This document shows, in pieces, positions 18,670-29,161 of a DNA stretch of 64,000 bases. The stretch's first letter is position 1, and the number at the start of each line of letters is the position of its first letter. This DNA comes from a virus: the IMG/VR virus record IMGVR_UViG_3300042881_006586; one strand, 5' to 3'. The position numbers were made by a program, and so were the translations under genes. The notes beneath the pieces were generated by a model. The model was not told the DNA's origin and did not search any database. It saw only the letters and a list, made by a program, of their open reading frames with translations.

Positions 18670-21342
18670 TTAAGCTGTTATTGAAACTGTTTGGGTAACT
18701 GTTCCATCAAAATACTGTAAATAATAATTAGTATCACTACTTCTTATTACTGTACAATTATACTCTGCATAAACATGAGTGGCTGTTGAAAAGTTAGTTG
18801 CTGATATTGGATATAGAATTTGATTATATTTGAAATAATCAACTATAGTATTATTAAAAAAATTATTACCAATAACATTATCATAACAGTCCACACCTAT
18901 AGTATTATTTGCAAAGCTATTACCAATTTTATTTCCTCTTAGAACACTTCCACCATAACCAAAAGAATTTCCAATTGTATTATTTCCGAAATTATCGCCA
19001 ATTATATTATAAGCAAAATCTTCTCCAACATTATTATCAAGAAAATTATTTCCAATTACATTGTTTCTAAATTCTGTTTCACTTTCATTTGAAACAAAGT
19101 CATGTCCAATATGGTTTTTGAAAAAATTACCTTCTGCAAGATTATTTTTAAAATCATTTCCAATAATATTATCAGTAAAATCATAACTTCCAATGAAATC
19201 CGAATTACCAATTGTATTATTGTCAAAATAATCTAAAATTTGGTTGTCGGCAAATACATTATAGATTACATTATCATTATACGCATTACCGATATGATTT
19301 CCATAGAACTCATCCCAAATCCAATTGTTATTAAAACCATTGCCTATGAAGTTTTTATAGAAATCGTCACGAAGAGCGATATAATTATCATTAAAACCAT
19401 TATTAATTACATTATTTTGAAAATCGTCAGTACCTGTAACATTATTTTCAAAGTTTTCTCCAATTTTATTTCTCCAAGTTTCACCATTAAATACGTTATC
19501 CGTAAAATATTCTCCAACTACATTTGCATAAAAACCTCTTCTTAAAGAATTGTTTTGGAAAGTACCACTGATTTGGTTTCTGTTGAACCAATTGTAAGTA
19601 GAGTTATTGAAACATCTGTCACCTAATTTATTAGAATAAGAATTGAAACCAAATACATTGTTTGCAAGAAGGAAGTCACTATTACTTAAATTACCTTGAA
19701 TGTAAAAAGTAGAGTAGTCTCCAATCCAATTATTAGTGGAAGTTACCTCGTCATTTAACTGTAATTCTTCTTGAGAACGGAAAGTAGTCATTTCTCTGTA
19801 TACGTCATCAATAATGTTGTTATTTTTATATTCGTAACTTCTATATCTTACAGAAAAATCTGTATAAATAAAGTTAGCTCCATCATAGATGTCATCACCG
19901 CCATCATCAATAGTGTTTTCTCCCTCATCATTTATATCTGCAACATCATTGAATAGATAAATGTCAGGTACAAGTGCTGTTAAAGTTGAATAGTTAGTAT
20001 TAAGTATATTTAAAGTATTTGCAATATTTGCACCTTCAACTAAATTAAGGTAAGCATCAACTAAGGCTTCAAAATCTGCATCCTCAAGTTTATCACCTGT
20101 TCCTCTTGAAGTAAGTAGGTAATGTATTTCAGTTACGCCTGTTGTTGCCAAGTTACTTATTTCATGAAAGTCATCAGTAGTTGAAGAATCATAAGTTTGT
20201 GAAATACCTGTACCATCACCATTTACAATAAATATTTGATTGATAGAAGGGTCATCTGCATCATACACTCTTTTAATAAAAGCAGTATAATCATTTCCAT
20301 TTACATTTGTTGTGTACTGATTAATGTCTGCAGTTCCATCTCCATCTGCTCCAATATTACCATCGATTCGGAAGAAATCAATTTCGATGTCTTTAGCAGC
20401 CATTACGAAAAGTCCTGCGTAGAGGTTTGTAAAATATTCTGAAGTACCAATACTTCCGCAAAAATAATTTACACCACTTTTAACTTGCCCATCCATAATA
20501 AAATCTCCAATTAAAGCTTCTTCATCATAAACAACAGGAGGGTCAGTCATTTGAGTGTGAGTATAAGGAATCTGTGATAGTGAACCTTCAGTTTGCGAGG
20601 TTGCTTTATAATATTTTTCTCCGCTAAAACTCTTATTTTCAACAGAAGTTACTACCATATCAGTTGCTGAATTGATTGTTAAAACTTTGTACCAATATTT
20701 ATCAACATAAATAACATCTCCTTCAATCAACTCATTTATAAAGTCTGTATCAATTCCTACTACAGTAATTTCATAACCTCCTGTTGTAGGAGTTGATACT
20801 GTTGTACTTGTAGTACCTGTTAATGGACTATCAAAATTATGAAAATAAGTTTTATAACGTTTGAAAAGAATTGTTCTGTGGTCGTAATCTGTACGATTGT
20901 TCCACTCATCAATTCTTTCAGTAATTCTACCATAGGCATCACCACTTGTAGATTCAGTTGTATCAAAGAAAACATCATATTTGATTTTATCATTAGGATA
21001 TTTAGGTTGATATGCATCAGGAGCAAGAGTGTTTTCTGATGTAGCCATAACAATTATTGGCTCTATATCTGCTTCTTTATAAGTACCATTAGTACTATTT
21101 CCATTAGCATTATAATCAGGTTGGTCATAACAAGTTCTAAAATCTGTTATGATGTAATGTGAACCTGTAATTAAAGCTGAATTATCAATTAATTTTGTTA
21201 ATGTTTCATAAGTAACTTCAATTGCATTTGCAAATGCTTTTGCCGAATTCAAAGTGAACTTTTGAGATATACCGCCTGTTTGGGTATAAATCTCTTCAGC
21301 ACCATTTAAAGTTGGTCTTGTAGGAAAATTATTTGGTTTCAT
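18670..21342 (-). CDS. Asn-rich beta-helix tail fibre/spike paralog 1
   Basis: MKPNNFPxRPxL N-terminus, NxIG repeats, YLQYFDGT C-terminus. Confidence 0.65.
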   Translation of the reverse strand: MKPNNFPTRPTLNGAEEIYTQTGGISQKFTLNSAKAFANAIEVTYETLTKLIDNSALITGSHYIITDFRTCYDQPDYNANGNSTNGTYKEADIEPIIVMATSENTLAPDAYQPKYPNDKIKYDVFFDTTESTSGDAYGRITERIDEWNNRTDYDHRTILFKRYKTYFHNFDSPLTGTTSTTVSTPTTGGYEITVVGIDTDFINELIEGDVIYVDKYWYKVLTINSATDMVVTSVENKSFSGEKYYKATSQTEGSLSQIPYTHTQMTDPPVVYDEEALIGDFIMDGQVKSGVNYFCGSIGTSEYFTNLYAGLFVMAAKDIEIDFFRIDGNIGADGDGTADINQYTTNVNGNDYTAFIKRVYDADDPSINQIFIVNGDGTGISQTYDSSTTDDFHEISNLATTGVTEIHYLLTSRGTGDKLEDADFEALVDAYLNLVEGANIANTLNILNTNYSTLTALVPDIYLFNDVADINDEGENTIDDGGDDIYDGANFIYTDFSVRYRSYEYKNNNIIDDVYREMTTFRSQEELQLNDEVTSTNNWIGDYSTFYIQGNLSNSDFLLANNVFGFNSYSNKLGDRCFNNSTYNWFNRNQISGTFQNNSLRRGFYANVVGEYFTDNVFNGETWRNKIGENFENNVTGTDDFQNNVINNGFNDNYIALRDDFYKNFIGNGFNNNWIWDEFYGNHIGNAYNDNVIYNVFADNQILDYFDNNTIGNSDFIGSYDFTDNIIGNDFKNNLAEGNFFKNHIGHDFVSNESETEFRNNVIGNNFLDNNVGEDFAYNIIGDNFGNNTIGNSFGYGGSVLRGNKIGNSFANNTIGVDCYDNVIGNNFFNNTIVDYFKYNQILYPISATNFSTATHVYAEYNCTVIRSSDTNYYLQYFDGTVTQTVSITA

Positions 21343-21374
21343 AGTGTGTTTTTTTTATATAAATATATGTATAA

Positions 21375-21408
21375 AACAAAACCTCTGAATTTCTTCAGAG
21401 GTTTTGTT
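21375..21408 (-). terminator. intrinsic terminator, near copy of 18629-18658
   Basis: aacaaaacctctgaa-tttc-ttcagaggttttgtt (GAAA loop on the minus strand). Confidence 0.85.
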
Positions 21409-21415
21409 GTTATTT

Positions 21416-21661
21416 TTATTTAATCATTTTTAGATTGTGTTTTTCAAGAAAGTCTTTAGGCTCAGAAATTTCCATAGTAGTAAATTCTCTTTTCGCCATA
21501 AGTTTATCAGCTTTCTTTTGGTCTACAACCATTGTACAGAAGTAATGTGTTGCAGGTTTTTCACCTGATTGTGACAACTCAATTGTTAAAATTTTATTAT
21601 TATCTTCTTTTTGTCTTGCTTCTTCAATGCGTGAAGCATCACATAAAATACATATTCTCAT
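21416..21661 (-). CDS. small hypothetical protein (possible fibre-associated chaperone)
   Basis: 81-aa ORF immediately downstream of fibre paralog 2. Confidence 0.55.
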   Translation of the reverse strand: MRICILCDASRIEEARQKEDNNKILTIELSQSGEKPATHYFCTMVVDQKKADKLMAKREFTTMEISEPKDFLEKHNLKMIK

Positions 21662-21688
21662 TTTATTAGATTTTTATTTTTATAATTG

Positions 21689-23599
21689 TTAAGCATCTAC
21701 TGCAACATATTGATTTGTAGTTCCATCAAAATATTCTAAATAATCATTGTTATCATTACCTCTTAATAATGTACAGTTATAACTTCCATAAACATGTGTT
21801 GCACCTGAAAAGTTTATTGCATTCATTACAACAGTAACATTATTAAATTGAAAATCATCTACTATTATATTATTTATAAAATTATTAGTAATAACATTAT
21901 CATAGAAATCTTGACCTATGGTATTACCTTGGAAGTTATTTCCAATTTTATTACCTTTTCCACTTGCTCCGCCATAACCGAAATTATTTCCGATAGTATT
22001 ATTATTAAATATATTAGCAATTTGATTATAACCAAAGTTTTCTCCTATGTTATTAGAAAAAGTGTTATTTCCAATGACATTATAAGTAAAACTATCTTCA
22101 GTTCCATTTGAAACAAAGTCATTTCCTATTTGATTATGTGTAAATTGTCCTAATGTTGAATTACCTTTAAAATTATTTCCAATTACGTTATCTTCAAAAA
22201 TTCCTGCACCAATATCTTCAATATCACCAATAGTGTTATTATTAAAATCATTAGAAATTTTATTATCATAAAAATCTTGATAAATTTCATTGTTATTGAA
22301 ACCATTGCCAATAGTATTATCCTCAAAATTTCTAAAGATGGTATTATTTTCAAATGAATCACCGATTTGATTACGGTCAAAATCATATGTCGAACTACTA
22401 TCTATCCAATTGTTGGTAAAATCGTTGCCAATTCGGTTATTTCTAAAATCAAAATCAGTATTAATAATGGTATTATTCGCAAAGTCCTCACCAACATGGT
22501 TATATTGAAAGTCTGCTGTAATTAGATTATTAGTGAATCCATTTCCGATAACATTTCCATCAAAATCATTATTAGTAATATTGTTATAACAATAATTTCC
22601 TATTGTATTATTGTTACAATCGTCATTAAAAGTATTGTTATAAAAACCATTACCAATGTTATTGTTGTTGTACTCCCCATCTTTGAAAACATTATTTGCA
22701 AGAAGAAAATCACCTTCATTATCTTCAAGGTGTAAATTACTGTAATCTCCAATATAATTATTTATTACGCCATCACCAATTGCATCACCGAATGTGGTAT
22801 ATAAATTAAAATCTGTTGGGTCATCAACATTACTTCTATAGTAACTGTCATAACTTCCTGCGTTAGTAGTATAAAATTCACCGCTTCCACCAAAGGAATT
22901 AATAGATAATCCGCTTACTAACATAAGCGTATCTGATGAAATAGAATCAATTATAAAAAATACTTCATCTGAATTAGGATATGCAATAACATCTCCTATA
23001 GTAAGAGCTGTAAAAAACGTACCGAAACCATTAACAGTTCCATCATTTAATAATTCCATTGTACCTGTTTCAGGAGTTTCTCTACTGAAGTAATAAAATC
23101 TATATCTTTTGAATTCAATAGTTCTATGGTCATAATCTGTACGATTGTTCCACTCATCGATTCTTTCAGTTATTCTTCCAAATGCAACATCTCCTGATTC
23201 AGTTGTAGAATAGTTGATATCATATTTTATTCTATCATTAGGATATTTCAGTTGATATGCATCAATAGCAAATGTATTAAAACTTGTAGCCATTACTATT
23301 ATTGGTTCAATAGCTGCTTGAATATATGTAGAACCTGAAACAATAATGCTGTTTTTATTTTGGTCATAGTCGGGTCTATTGTAACATGTTCTAAAATTAT
23401 TTATAATGTAATGTGAGCCTGCTATTAAAGCTTGATTTGGAATTAAATCATCTTTTAATTCAGCATAAGTAACTTCAATTGCATTTGCATATTTTTTAGC
23501 TTCTTCTAAAGTAAACTTTTGAGATACGTTGGCTGTTTGCGTATAAAGTTCTTCAGTTCCATCCAAACTTGGTCTTAAAGGAAAATTATTTGGTTTCAT
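21689..23599 (-). CDS. Asn-rich beta-helix tail fibre/spike paralog 2
   Basis: Same N- and C-terminal motifs and NxIG repeats as paralog 1; shared ERIDEWNNRTDYDHRTI block. Confidence 0.65.
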   Translation of the reverse strand: MKPNNFPLRPSLDGTEELYTQTANVSQKFTLEEAKKYANAIEVTYAELKDDLIPNQALIAGSHYIINNFRTCYNRPDYDQNKNSIIVSGSTYIQAAIEPIIVMATSFNTFAIDAYQLKYPNDRIKYDINYSTTESGDVAFGRITERIDEWNNRTDYDHRTIEFKRYRFYYFSRETPETGTMELLNDGTVNGFGTFFTALTIGDVIAYPNSDEVFFIIDSISSDTLMLVSGLSINSFGGSGEFYTTNAGSYDSYYRSNVDDPTDFNLYTTFGDAIGDGVINNYIGDYSNLHLEDNEGDFLLANNVFKDGEYNNNNIGNGFYNNTFNDDCNNNTIGNYCYNNITNNDFDGNVIGNGFTNNLITADFQYNHVGEDFANNTIINTDFDFRNNRIGNDFTNNWIDSSSTYDFDRNQIGDSFENNTIFRNFEDNTIGNGFNNNEIYQDFYDNKISNDFNNNTIGDIEDIGAGIFEDNVIGNNFKGNSTLGQFTHNQIGNDFVSNGTEDSFTYNVIGNNTFSNNIGENFGYNQIANIFNNNTIGNNFGYGGASGKGNKIGNNFQGNTIGQDFYDNVITNNFINNIIVDDFQFNNVTVVMNAINFSGATHVYGSYNCTLLRGNDNNDYLEYFDGTTNQYVAVDA

Positions 23600-23604
23600 T
23601 TTTT

Positions 23605-23877
23605 TTAGTTTAAATAATTGTTTATTTGTGTTAGGATAAAATCTTTGATTTCAGTTTCGTTATCTGATTTGATAACAGTCATTGGAAGCTTATCATTTGA
23701 TTCAATATCATTTTCAGTATATTTGAACCAAACGGTCAATTTTCTTCCTGAAATAGTTGTCAAAGATTTGAATCTCAAATCCTTTCTTTCTATTTCTTTT
23801 TCAATATTGAAGACAGTTTTTGTTTGAGGATGTCCCATCCCATATATTTCTATTGATTTTTCTATTAAGGTTTTCAT
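23605..23877 (-). CDS. small hypothetical protein
   Basis: 90-aa ORF between fibre paralogs 3 and 2. Confidence 0.55.
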   Translation of the reverse strand: MKTLIEKSIEIYGMGHPQTKTVFNIEKEIERKDLRFKSLTTISGRKLTVWFKYTENDIESNDKLPMTVIKSDNETEIKDFILTQINNYLN

Positions 23878-23893
23878 TTTATTTGTTTAATTT

Positions 23894-25981
23894 TTAAGCT
23901 GTTGGAGAAACATAAGTTGCAGTTGTGCCTGAAAAATATTCTAAGTATAAATTTGTATCATTTGATTTAAATATTCTACAAGTGTAATCTGCATAAACAT
24001 GAGTTGCTGCTGAGAAATTTGTACTACCTATTGAATAATCTATTAGGTTTCTTTGGAATAAATTGCCAATTGTATTGTTGTTAAATGTACTGATATTACG
24101 AATATTGTTAGCAAAGAAATTATTGCCTATAGCATTTGAACTGAAACTATCACCAATAATGTTTGATTGAAAAAAAAGTCCTATTGTATTAGTAGCAAAA
24201 GTATTACCAATTGTGTTCAATAAAAAATTAATTCCAATTGTGTTATTTTGGAAACCATTACCAATTGCATTATCACTAAAAAGAGAACCAATTGTATTAC
24301 CTTGGGAGCTATTACCAATTGTATTATTATTACAATTGATATCAATAGTGTTATTTACAAAACTGTTACCAATTGTGTTATTATTAAAACCATTTTGAAT
24401 ATCATTGTTATCAAATTCATTAGCAATTGTGTTGTCTCTGAAATTATCTCCAATATTATTAGCTGAAAAATTATTAGCAATTGTGTTATTATTAAAATTA
24501 TCTCCTATTGTATTACTATTGAATTCATTACCAATATTATTGTCTTGAAAATCATCTGCAATATTATTCGAACCAAAATCTTTTTGAATGTTATTCTTAG
24601 TAAAATTAGCTCCTATTTCATTAGAGTTAAAATCTTTTGAAATATTATTATATAAAAATTGAGTTAAAATATTATTATCACTAAAACCATTTTCAATAGT
24701 ATTGTATGAAAAATCACTGCCAATAGTATTAAATGCAAATTCTGAACCTATATTATTACTATTAACATTGTTTCCAATAGTGTTAAAAAAGCAGACACCA
24801 CCTATAACATTATCGAAAAAATCCGTACCTATTGTACTATATGAAAAAAAACCATTTAATTGATTAAAATAAAAATCTCCTAAAAAGACTACATTATCAC
24901 TAAAACCTCTATTTCCAATCAATTCTGCTCCACCTGTATCATTCCATTTTATATTAAAAGCATCATATCCATCGTTGCCAAAGCATTTAAAGTCCTTATA
25001 GTTTCCTGTTGTACCTTGACCTAAATAATTATCTCCAATCCCCCAATAACCTGTTCCCAAAGAAGCAGTAATACCACTCAAATCAACTTCAAATCTTCTA
25101 TATTTTCTTCCACGAAAATCAAAGGGGGCATCGATATTTCTATAGGTGTCAATTCTTCTTGTTATCCAACCATAAGCATTTTCTATTTCATATATTGTCT
25201 CAACAGATAATGTATCTGCATCATAATTAAGAAAATCATTATAATCTAAATCTATAAGAACTACTTTAAATCCATCTTCTTCGATTCTTATTCTTGACAT
25301 TGCTTTTGGATATGCAAAATCAGGGTCATCGGATGTGTAAGGATATTGAGCTGTTGAAATATTAGGAGTTAAAGGTTCAAATGCACCATCTTGATAATAG
25401 GTTGAACCGCTGAATTCTGCATATACATAAAAATAATGCCCAAAAAGCGCAGGGTAGTTTGTAGGCATAGTAAAATAAACATCTGTTCCATCCCATTGAA
25501 GGTCAAATCCTGAAATTGCAGTTAAATCAGGAAGATTATTTCCATTATAAATTGTAAACGGTACACCTATTTTATCAGTATAAGGTTCATATTGAACAAT
25601 ATCCCCTTGAAAAGTTTCTGAATATCCTATTGGAGAAATTTCATAAGAAGAAATAGCTTGAAGAAGTAAAACTTCAGTTTCACCTTCATAAACTTCTCTT
25701 GGAATAAAATTAGGGTCATTTGGAGTTGGATTATTATAAGCAATGTCTGCTCCATTTAAAAAGTTGACCGACCTATAGTCAGTCAGCCTATACCATTGAC
25801 CTGCAACCAATTCACCATTTACAATTTTATCGTAAAGTTCAGAATAAATGATATCAGTAGGATTAAGTATAAATTCTTTAGCAGAATCTAAAATAAATTT
25901 TTGTGGAATATTATTTGTTTGTGTGTATAATTCTTCAGTACCATTCAAACTTGGTCTTATTGGGAAATTATTGGGTTTCAT
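23894..25981 (-). CDS. Asn-rich beta-helix tail fibre/spike paralog 3
   Basis: MKPNNFPIRPSL start, long run of ~11-aa F..NxIG repeats, YLEYFSGT end. Confidence 0.65.
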   Translation of the reverse strand: MKPNNFPIRPSLNGTEELYTQTNNIPQKFILDSAKEFILNPTDIIYSELYDKIVNGELVAGQWYRLTDYRSVNFLNGADIAYNNPTPNDPNFIPREVYEGETEVLLLQAISSYEISPIGYSETFQGDIVQYEPYTDKIGVPFTIYNGNNLPDLTAISGFDLQWDGTDVYFTMPTNYPALFGHYFYVYAEFSGSTYYQDGAFEPLTPNISTAQYPYTSDDPDFAYPKAMSRIRIEEDGFKVVLIDLDYNDFLNYDADTLSVETIYEIENAYGWITRRIDTYRNIDAPFDFRGRKYRRFEVDLSGITASLGTGYWGIGDNYLGQGTTGNYKDFKCFGNDGYDAFNIKWNDTGGAELIGNRGFSDNVVFLGDFYFNQLNGFFSYSTIGTDFFDNVIGGVCFFNTIGNNVNSNNIGSEFAFNTIGSDFSYNTIENGFSDNNILTQFLYNNISKDFNSNEIGANFTKNNIQKDFGSNNIADDFQDNNIGNEFNSNTIGDNFNNNTIANNFSANNIGDNFRDNTIANEFDNNDIQNGFNNNTIGNSFVNNTIDINCNNNTIGNSSQGNTIGSLFSDNAIGNGFQNNTIGINFLLNTIGNTFATNTIGLFFQSNIIGDSFSSNAIGNNFFANNIRNISTFNNNTIGNLFQRNLIDYSIGSTNFSAATHVYADYTCRIFKSNDTNLYLEYFSGTTATYVSPTA

Positions 25982-26051
25982 TTGATTTTTATTATAAATA
26001 TATAAATCCCCTTTAAAATTTTAACTAAGTAAAAGATATTTATAATAAAAA

Positions 26052-27491
26052 ATGTATTGGAGAACATACTTTGACAAGGACAATGTTATAATAAAGGATT
26101 CAACTGTTAATCTTGGGAAGAATCCAATTGTATCGCTTTATTACGGTGGTACTTATGGAAGTTCTACATATTCAAGATATATCTTTCATTTTCCAATTGA
26201 AAAATTGAAACAACTTTATGACGATTGCATGCTTGGTGATTTAACCAATGTCAAACATAAGCTCGTTTTGAAACCTACAAGATATTTCGGAAACGGTTTG
26301 GATATGACAACTGCATGTTTGGCAACTGCATATGATTTGTGTCTTTTCAGGACAAGACAAGATTGGGTTGAAGGATGTGGATATGATTTTGACTGCGCTG
26401 AAAGATGTGATGGTTATATCAGTCCAAATTGTAATACTTCTTTAGCAGAATCCAATTGGTTCTATGCAAAACCAAATGAACCTTGGCAAACTCAAGGGAT
26501 ATACGATGCATTTTCTGCAGAAACAATGATTATCACAGGAGATACTTATTTCTCAGGAGAACCTATATATCTTCAATGCAAAGCTCAAGCCTGTGATGAT
26601 TGTCTTTTTGAAATGGATATGACTTCTCTTGTAAATGATTTGATTTCGGGAGACACCCCCAATTATGGATTTGGATTGGCTTTCAATAGTAACTATGAAA
26701 TAAATCCCGAAGGAGTTACAAAATATCTTGGATTTTATAGCAGTGAAACTCCTAACTTTTTCAAACCCTATATTGAAACTGAATATATCAATCCAATTAT
26801 AGATGATAGGCAAAGTTTTTACACTGATAAGGAAAATACTTTATATCTATATGTAAATGTCAAAGGAGAACCTGCGAATTTGGATGAAAATCCAATTGTA
26901 ACGATATATAATGAGTTTGACGATGTTTATACTATCCTAACAGGAGAATGTGTCTCAAAAGGAATTTATGGAGTTTCTTTTGAAGTTGATTCTGCTCAAT
27001 CTGATATAAACAGTTGTGTCGTTTGGAGAGATGTGTGGTCAAATGTTAAAATCAATGGCAGATTGTTAAGGAATGCTGAACAAGAATTCCAATTGAAACC
27101 TAATGATGATTATTATCAAATAGGAATAAGTACAGGAAGTCCTAAAAAATATGGTTTCAAATTCAAAGGGATTCAAAGAAATGAAAATATAAGAGTTGGT
27201 GATGTAAGAAAGATAACTATTGATACTTATGAAGCATTTGAGCCTAATAAGAGAGTAGTTGTTGATAACATTTTTTATAGGCTATATGTAAAAGAAGGAG
27301 TTGAACAATTGGATATTATACCTTGGACTCCTGTAAATATTGGTTCTTGTGAAAATTTTATTTATCTTTATACCGAATGGATGCTTCCTCAGATTTATTA
27401 TTTAGATTTTAAATCTATATCTAATCAAGAGGAAAGAACTTATCCTGAAGAAATCAAATTTTATATATTAGACGATAATGTAAAATGTTAA
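26052..27491 (+). CDS. Cys-rich putative virion structural protein
   Basis: TATTTATA at 26037; beta-rich; 14 Cys; NYGFGLAF..FYSSET..FKPYIE. Confidence 0.6.
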   Translation: MYWRTYFDKDNVIIKDSTVNLGKNPIVSLYYGGTYGSSTYSRYIFHFPIEKLKQLYDDCMLGDLTNVKHKLVLKPTRYFGNGLDMTTACLATAYDLCLFRTRQDWVEGCGYDFDCAERCDGYISPNCNTSLAESNWFYAKPNEPWQTQGIYDAFSAETMIITGDTYFSGEPIYLQCKAQACDDCLFEMDMTSLVNDLISGDTPNYGFGLAFNSNYEINPEGVTKYLGFYSSETPNFFKPYIETEYINPIIDDRQSFYTDKENTLYLYVNVKGEPANLDENPIVTIYNEFDDVYTILTGECVSKGIYGVSFEVDSAQSDINSCVVWRDVWSNVKINGRLLRNAEQEFQLKPNDDYYQIGISTGSPKKYGFKFKGIQRNENIRVGDVRKITIDTYEAFEPNKRVVVDNIFYRLYVKEGVEQLDIIPWTPVNIGSCENFIYLYTEWMLPQIYYLDFKSISNQEERTYPEEIKFYILDDNVKC

Positions 27492-29053
27492 AAAAATATA
27501 TTTTTGAAAGATTGCAAGATGTTGAAGCTACAAAGTTAGCTGAAACTGTTTTTAATGAAATAGTTTTTCATAAGCAAAGGGAGATACAAGAAGAATTTAA
27601 AAATTGGGGTATAATAGGTTTTAATACTCCTGATGGGATTAAATTAGATTCATTTGAAGGTGTATTTTCATTGAAAGTTATCAATAAATTTGCATCTTCT
27701 TTTTATTCACCATCTAAAGATGATAAATTGATTGTTTTAACTGTTGTTGGTTATGATAAGTATAATGATATGGTTGATAATTTAATTAGAATCATAATTG
27801 ATAAAAAATCGACTTTTATTCATGAATTCATTCACATGTTAGATGATATAAGAAGTGATGGGAAAATTATTAAAGAACCTACTAATAAGGAAGGCGGTCA
27901 AAAAAGATATGAAAAACTGAATAGAGAAGTAAATGCAAGATTTCATCAGATTGCTTCTGCAGTAAAAGAAAAATATATAGACAAAGAAATAGCTTCTATA
28001 AAAAAAGATTATGTTTTAAATAGAAAAAAATTTGAAAATGAATTTGATTTTGAAGGGTTATCAGAAGAAGAAAAATTGAATCTTGTATTAGTTAATTCTT
28101 CAGAATATGTTTGTAATATAAATTATTTAGTAGATTTATTTAAAGAGGAAATATTTAATTTTTTCCATTATAAATTAAACCCTAATTTAGAAAAAAGACT
28201 TCTTTCAAGAGCATATACTTATTTTTCAGAGCTTATTAAAAGTTATGATATTGATTGTTCAAAAAAAATAAAAATAATTTACGAAAATAAAATAAACTCT
28301 TTATTGGAAACTTATAGGGCTATAACTGAAGATGATTTAAATGAAGTTATATATGTTCCAAATGAAGGAAGTGATGAAGAAGGGAATGAATATTGGATAA
28401 AACAAATGAAACTATCAATTGACCGTTTGAGGGCTCAAAATCCTTTAAATGGGGTAAAATATGATTTAGATAGTATTGATTTCCCTAATGAAATTATAAA
28501 TCTTTATGGAAAAGTTTTTGCAATAGTTTTATATTCTAATGAAAATATGGAAGATATTGTATATATGACTCGTTATGAATTGTATAGAGATGGGATTAAA
28601 CTTATTAATACAAGGTCTGTCCCAAATGTCAGAGGTCGAGGATTAGCTCTTAGAATATATAAAGCATTAAAACAAAAATTAAATACTCCAATTTATTCAG
28701 ACACTTCTCATTCCCCATTTACAAAATTTGGTGTTTGGAAAAAATTATATAAAGAATCTCCGAATAGTGTAAAAGCATATGATGTAAATAAAGACAAAAA
28801 ATTTGACATTGAAATGAGACCTAATAGAAAAGGTGAAGAGGATATGTTTTATATTGATAACAATGTTGATATTAAAGAATATAAAAAAACTGCAAAAACT
28901 CTTGGGATTAATTGGGATAAAGATTGGAATAAAGGCTCTCAAATAAATTGGGATAATGTTCCTGCAGATGTTAAAGATAAATTAATGGAATACTCCAAAT
29001 ATAAAGAAGTATATTCGAAAAAAGATAATGGAATTATATTAGTTTATCTATAA
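27485..29053 (+). CDS. two-domain protein: HExxH zincin-like domain + GNAT-like domain
   Basis: FIHEFIHMLD..EVNAR; later VRGRGLALRIY acetyl-CoA-binding-like motif; LLE/LNE sites between the domains. Confidence 0.55.
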   Translation: MLKKYIFERLQDVEATKLAETVFNEIVFHKQREIQEEFKNWGIIGFNTPDGIKLDSFEGVFSLKVINKFASSFYSPSKDDKLIVLTVVGYDKYNDMVDNLIRIIIDKKSTFIHEFIHMLDDIRSDGKIIKEPTNKEGGQKRYEKLNREVNARFHQIASAVKEKYIDKEIASIKKDYVLNRKKFENEFDFEGLSEEEKLNLVLVNSSEYVCNINYLVDLFKEEIFNFFHYKLNPNLEKRLLSRAYTYFSELIKSYDIDCSKKIKIIYENKINSLLETYRAITEDDLNEVIYVPNEGSDEEGNEYWIKQMKLSIDRLRAQNPLNGVKYDLDSIDFPNEIINLYGKVFAIVLYSNENMEDIVYMTRYELYRDGIKLINTRSVPNVRGRGLALRIYKALKQKLNTPIYSDTSHSPFTKFGVWKKLYKESPNSVKAYDVNKDKKFDIEMRPNRKGEEDMFYIDNNVDIKEYKKTAKTLGINWDKDWNKGSQINWDNVPADVKDKLMEYSKYKEVYSKKDNGIILVYL

Positions 29054-29161
29054 TTTAATTAATTTTAGTAAATTGGTGAAAAATAGTAAATCAAAAAGTA
29101 AAGAAGAGGTTGATAAAATATTTCAATTAGCAGACGATTATAATGCTGAACGTTATGTCTA

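Noticed and set aside
18670-25981. Diversity-generating retroelement acting on the Asn-rich fibres
   Set aside because: No reverse transcriptase and no template/variable repeat pair differing only at adenines was seen in this window; one could still exist elsewhere in the genome.
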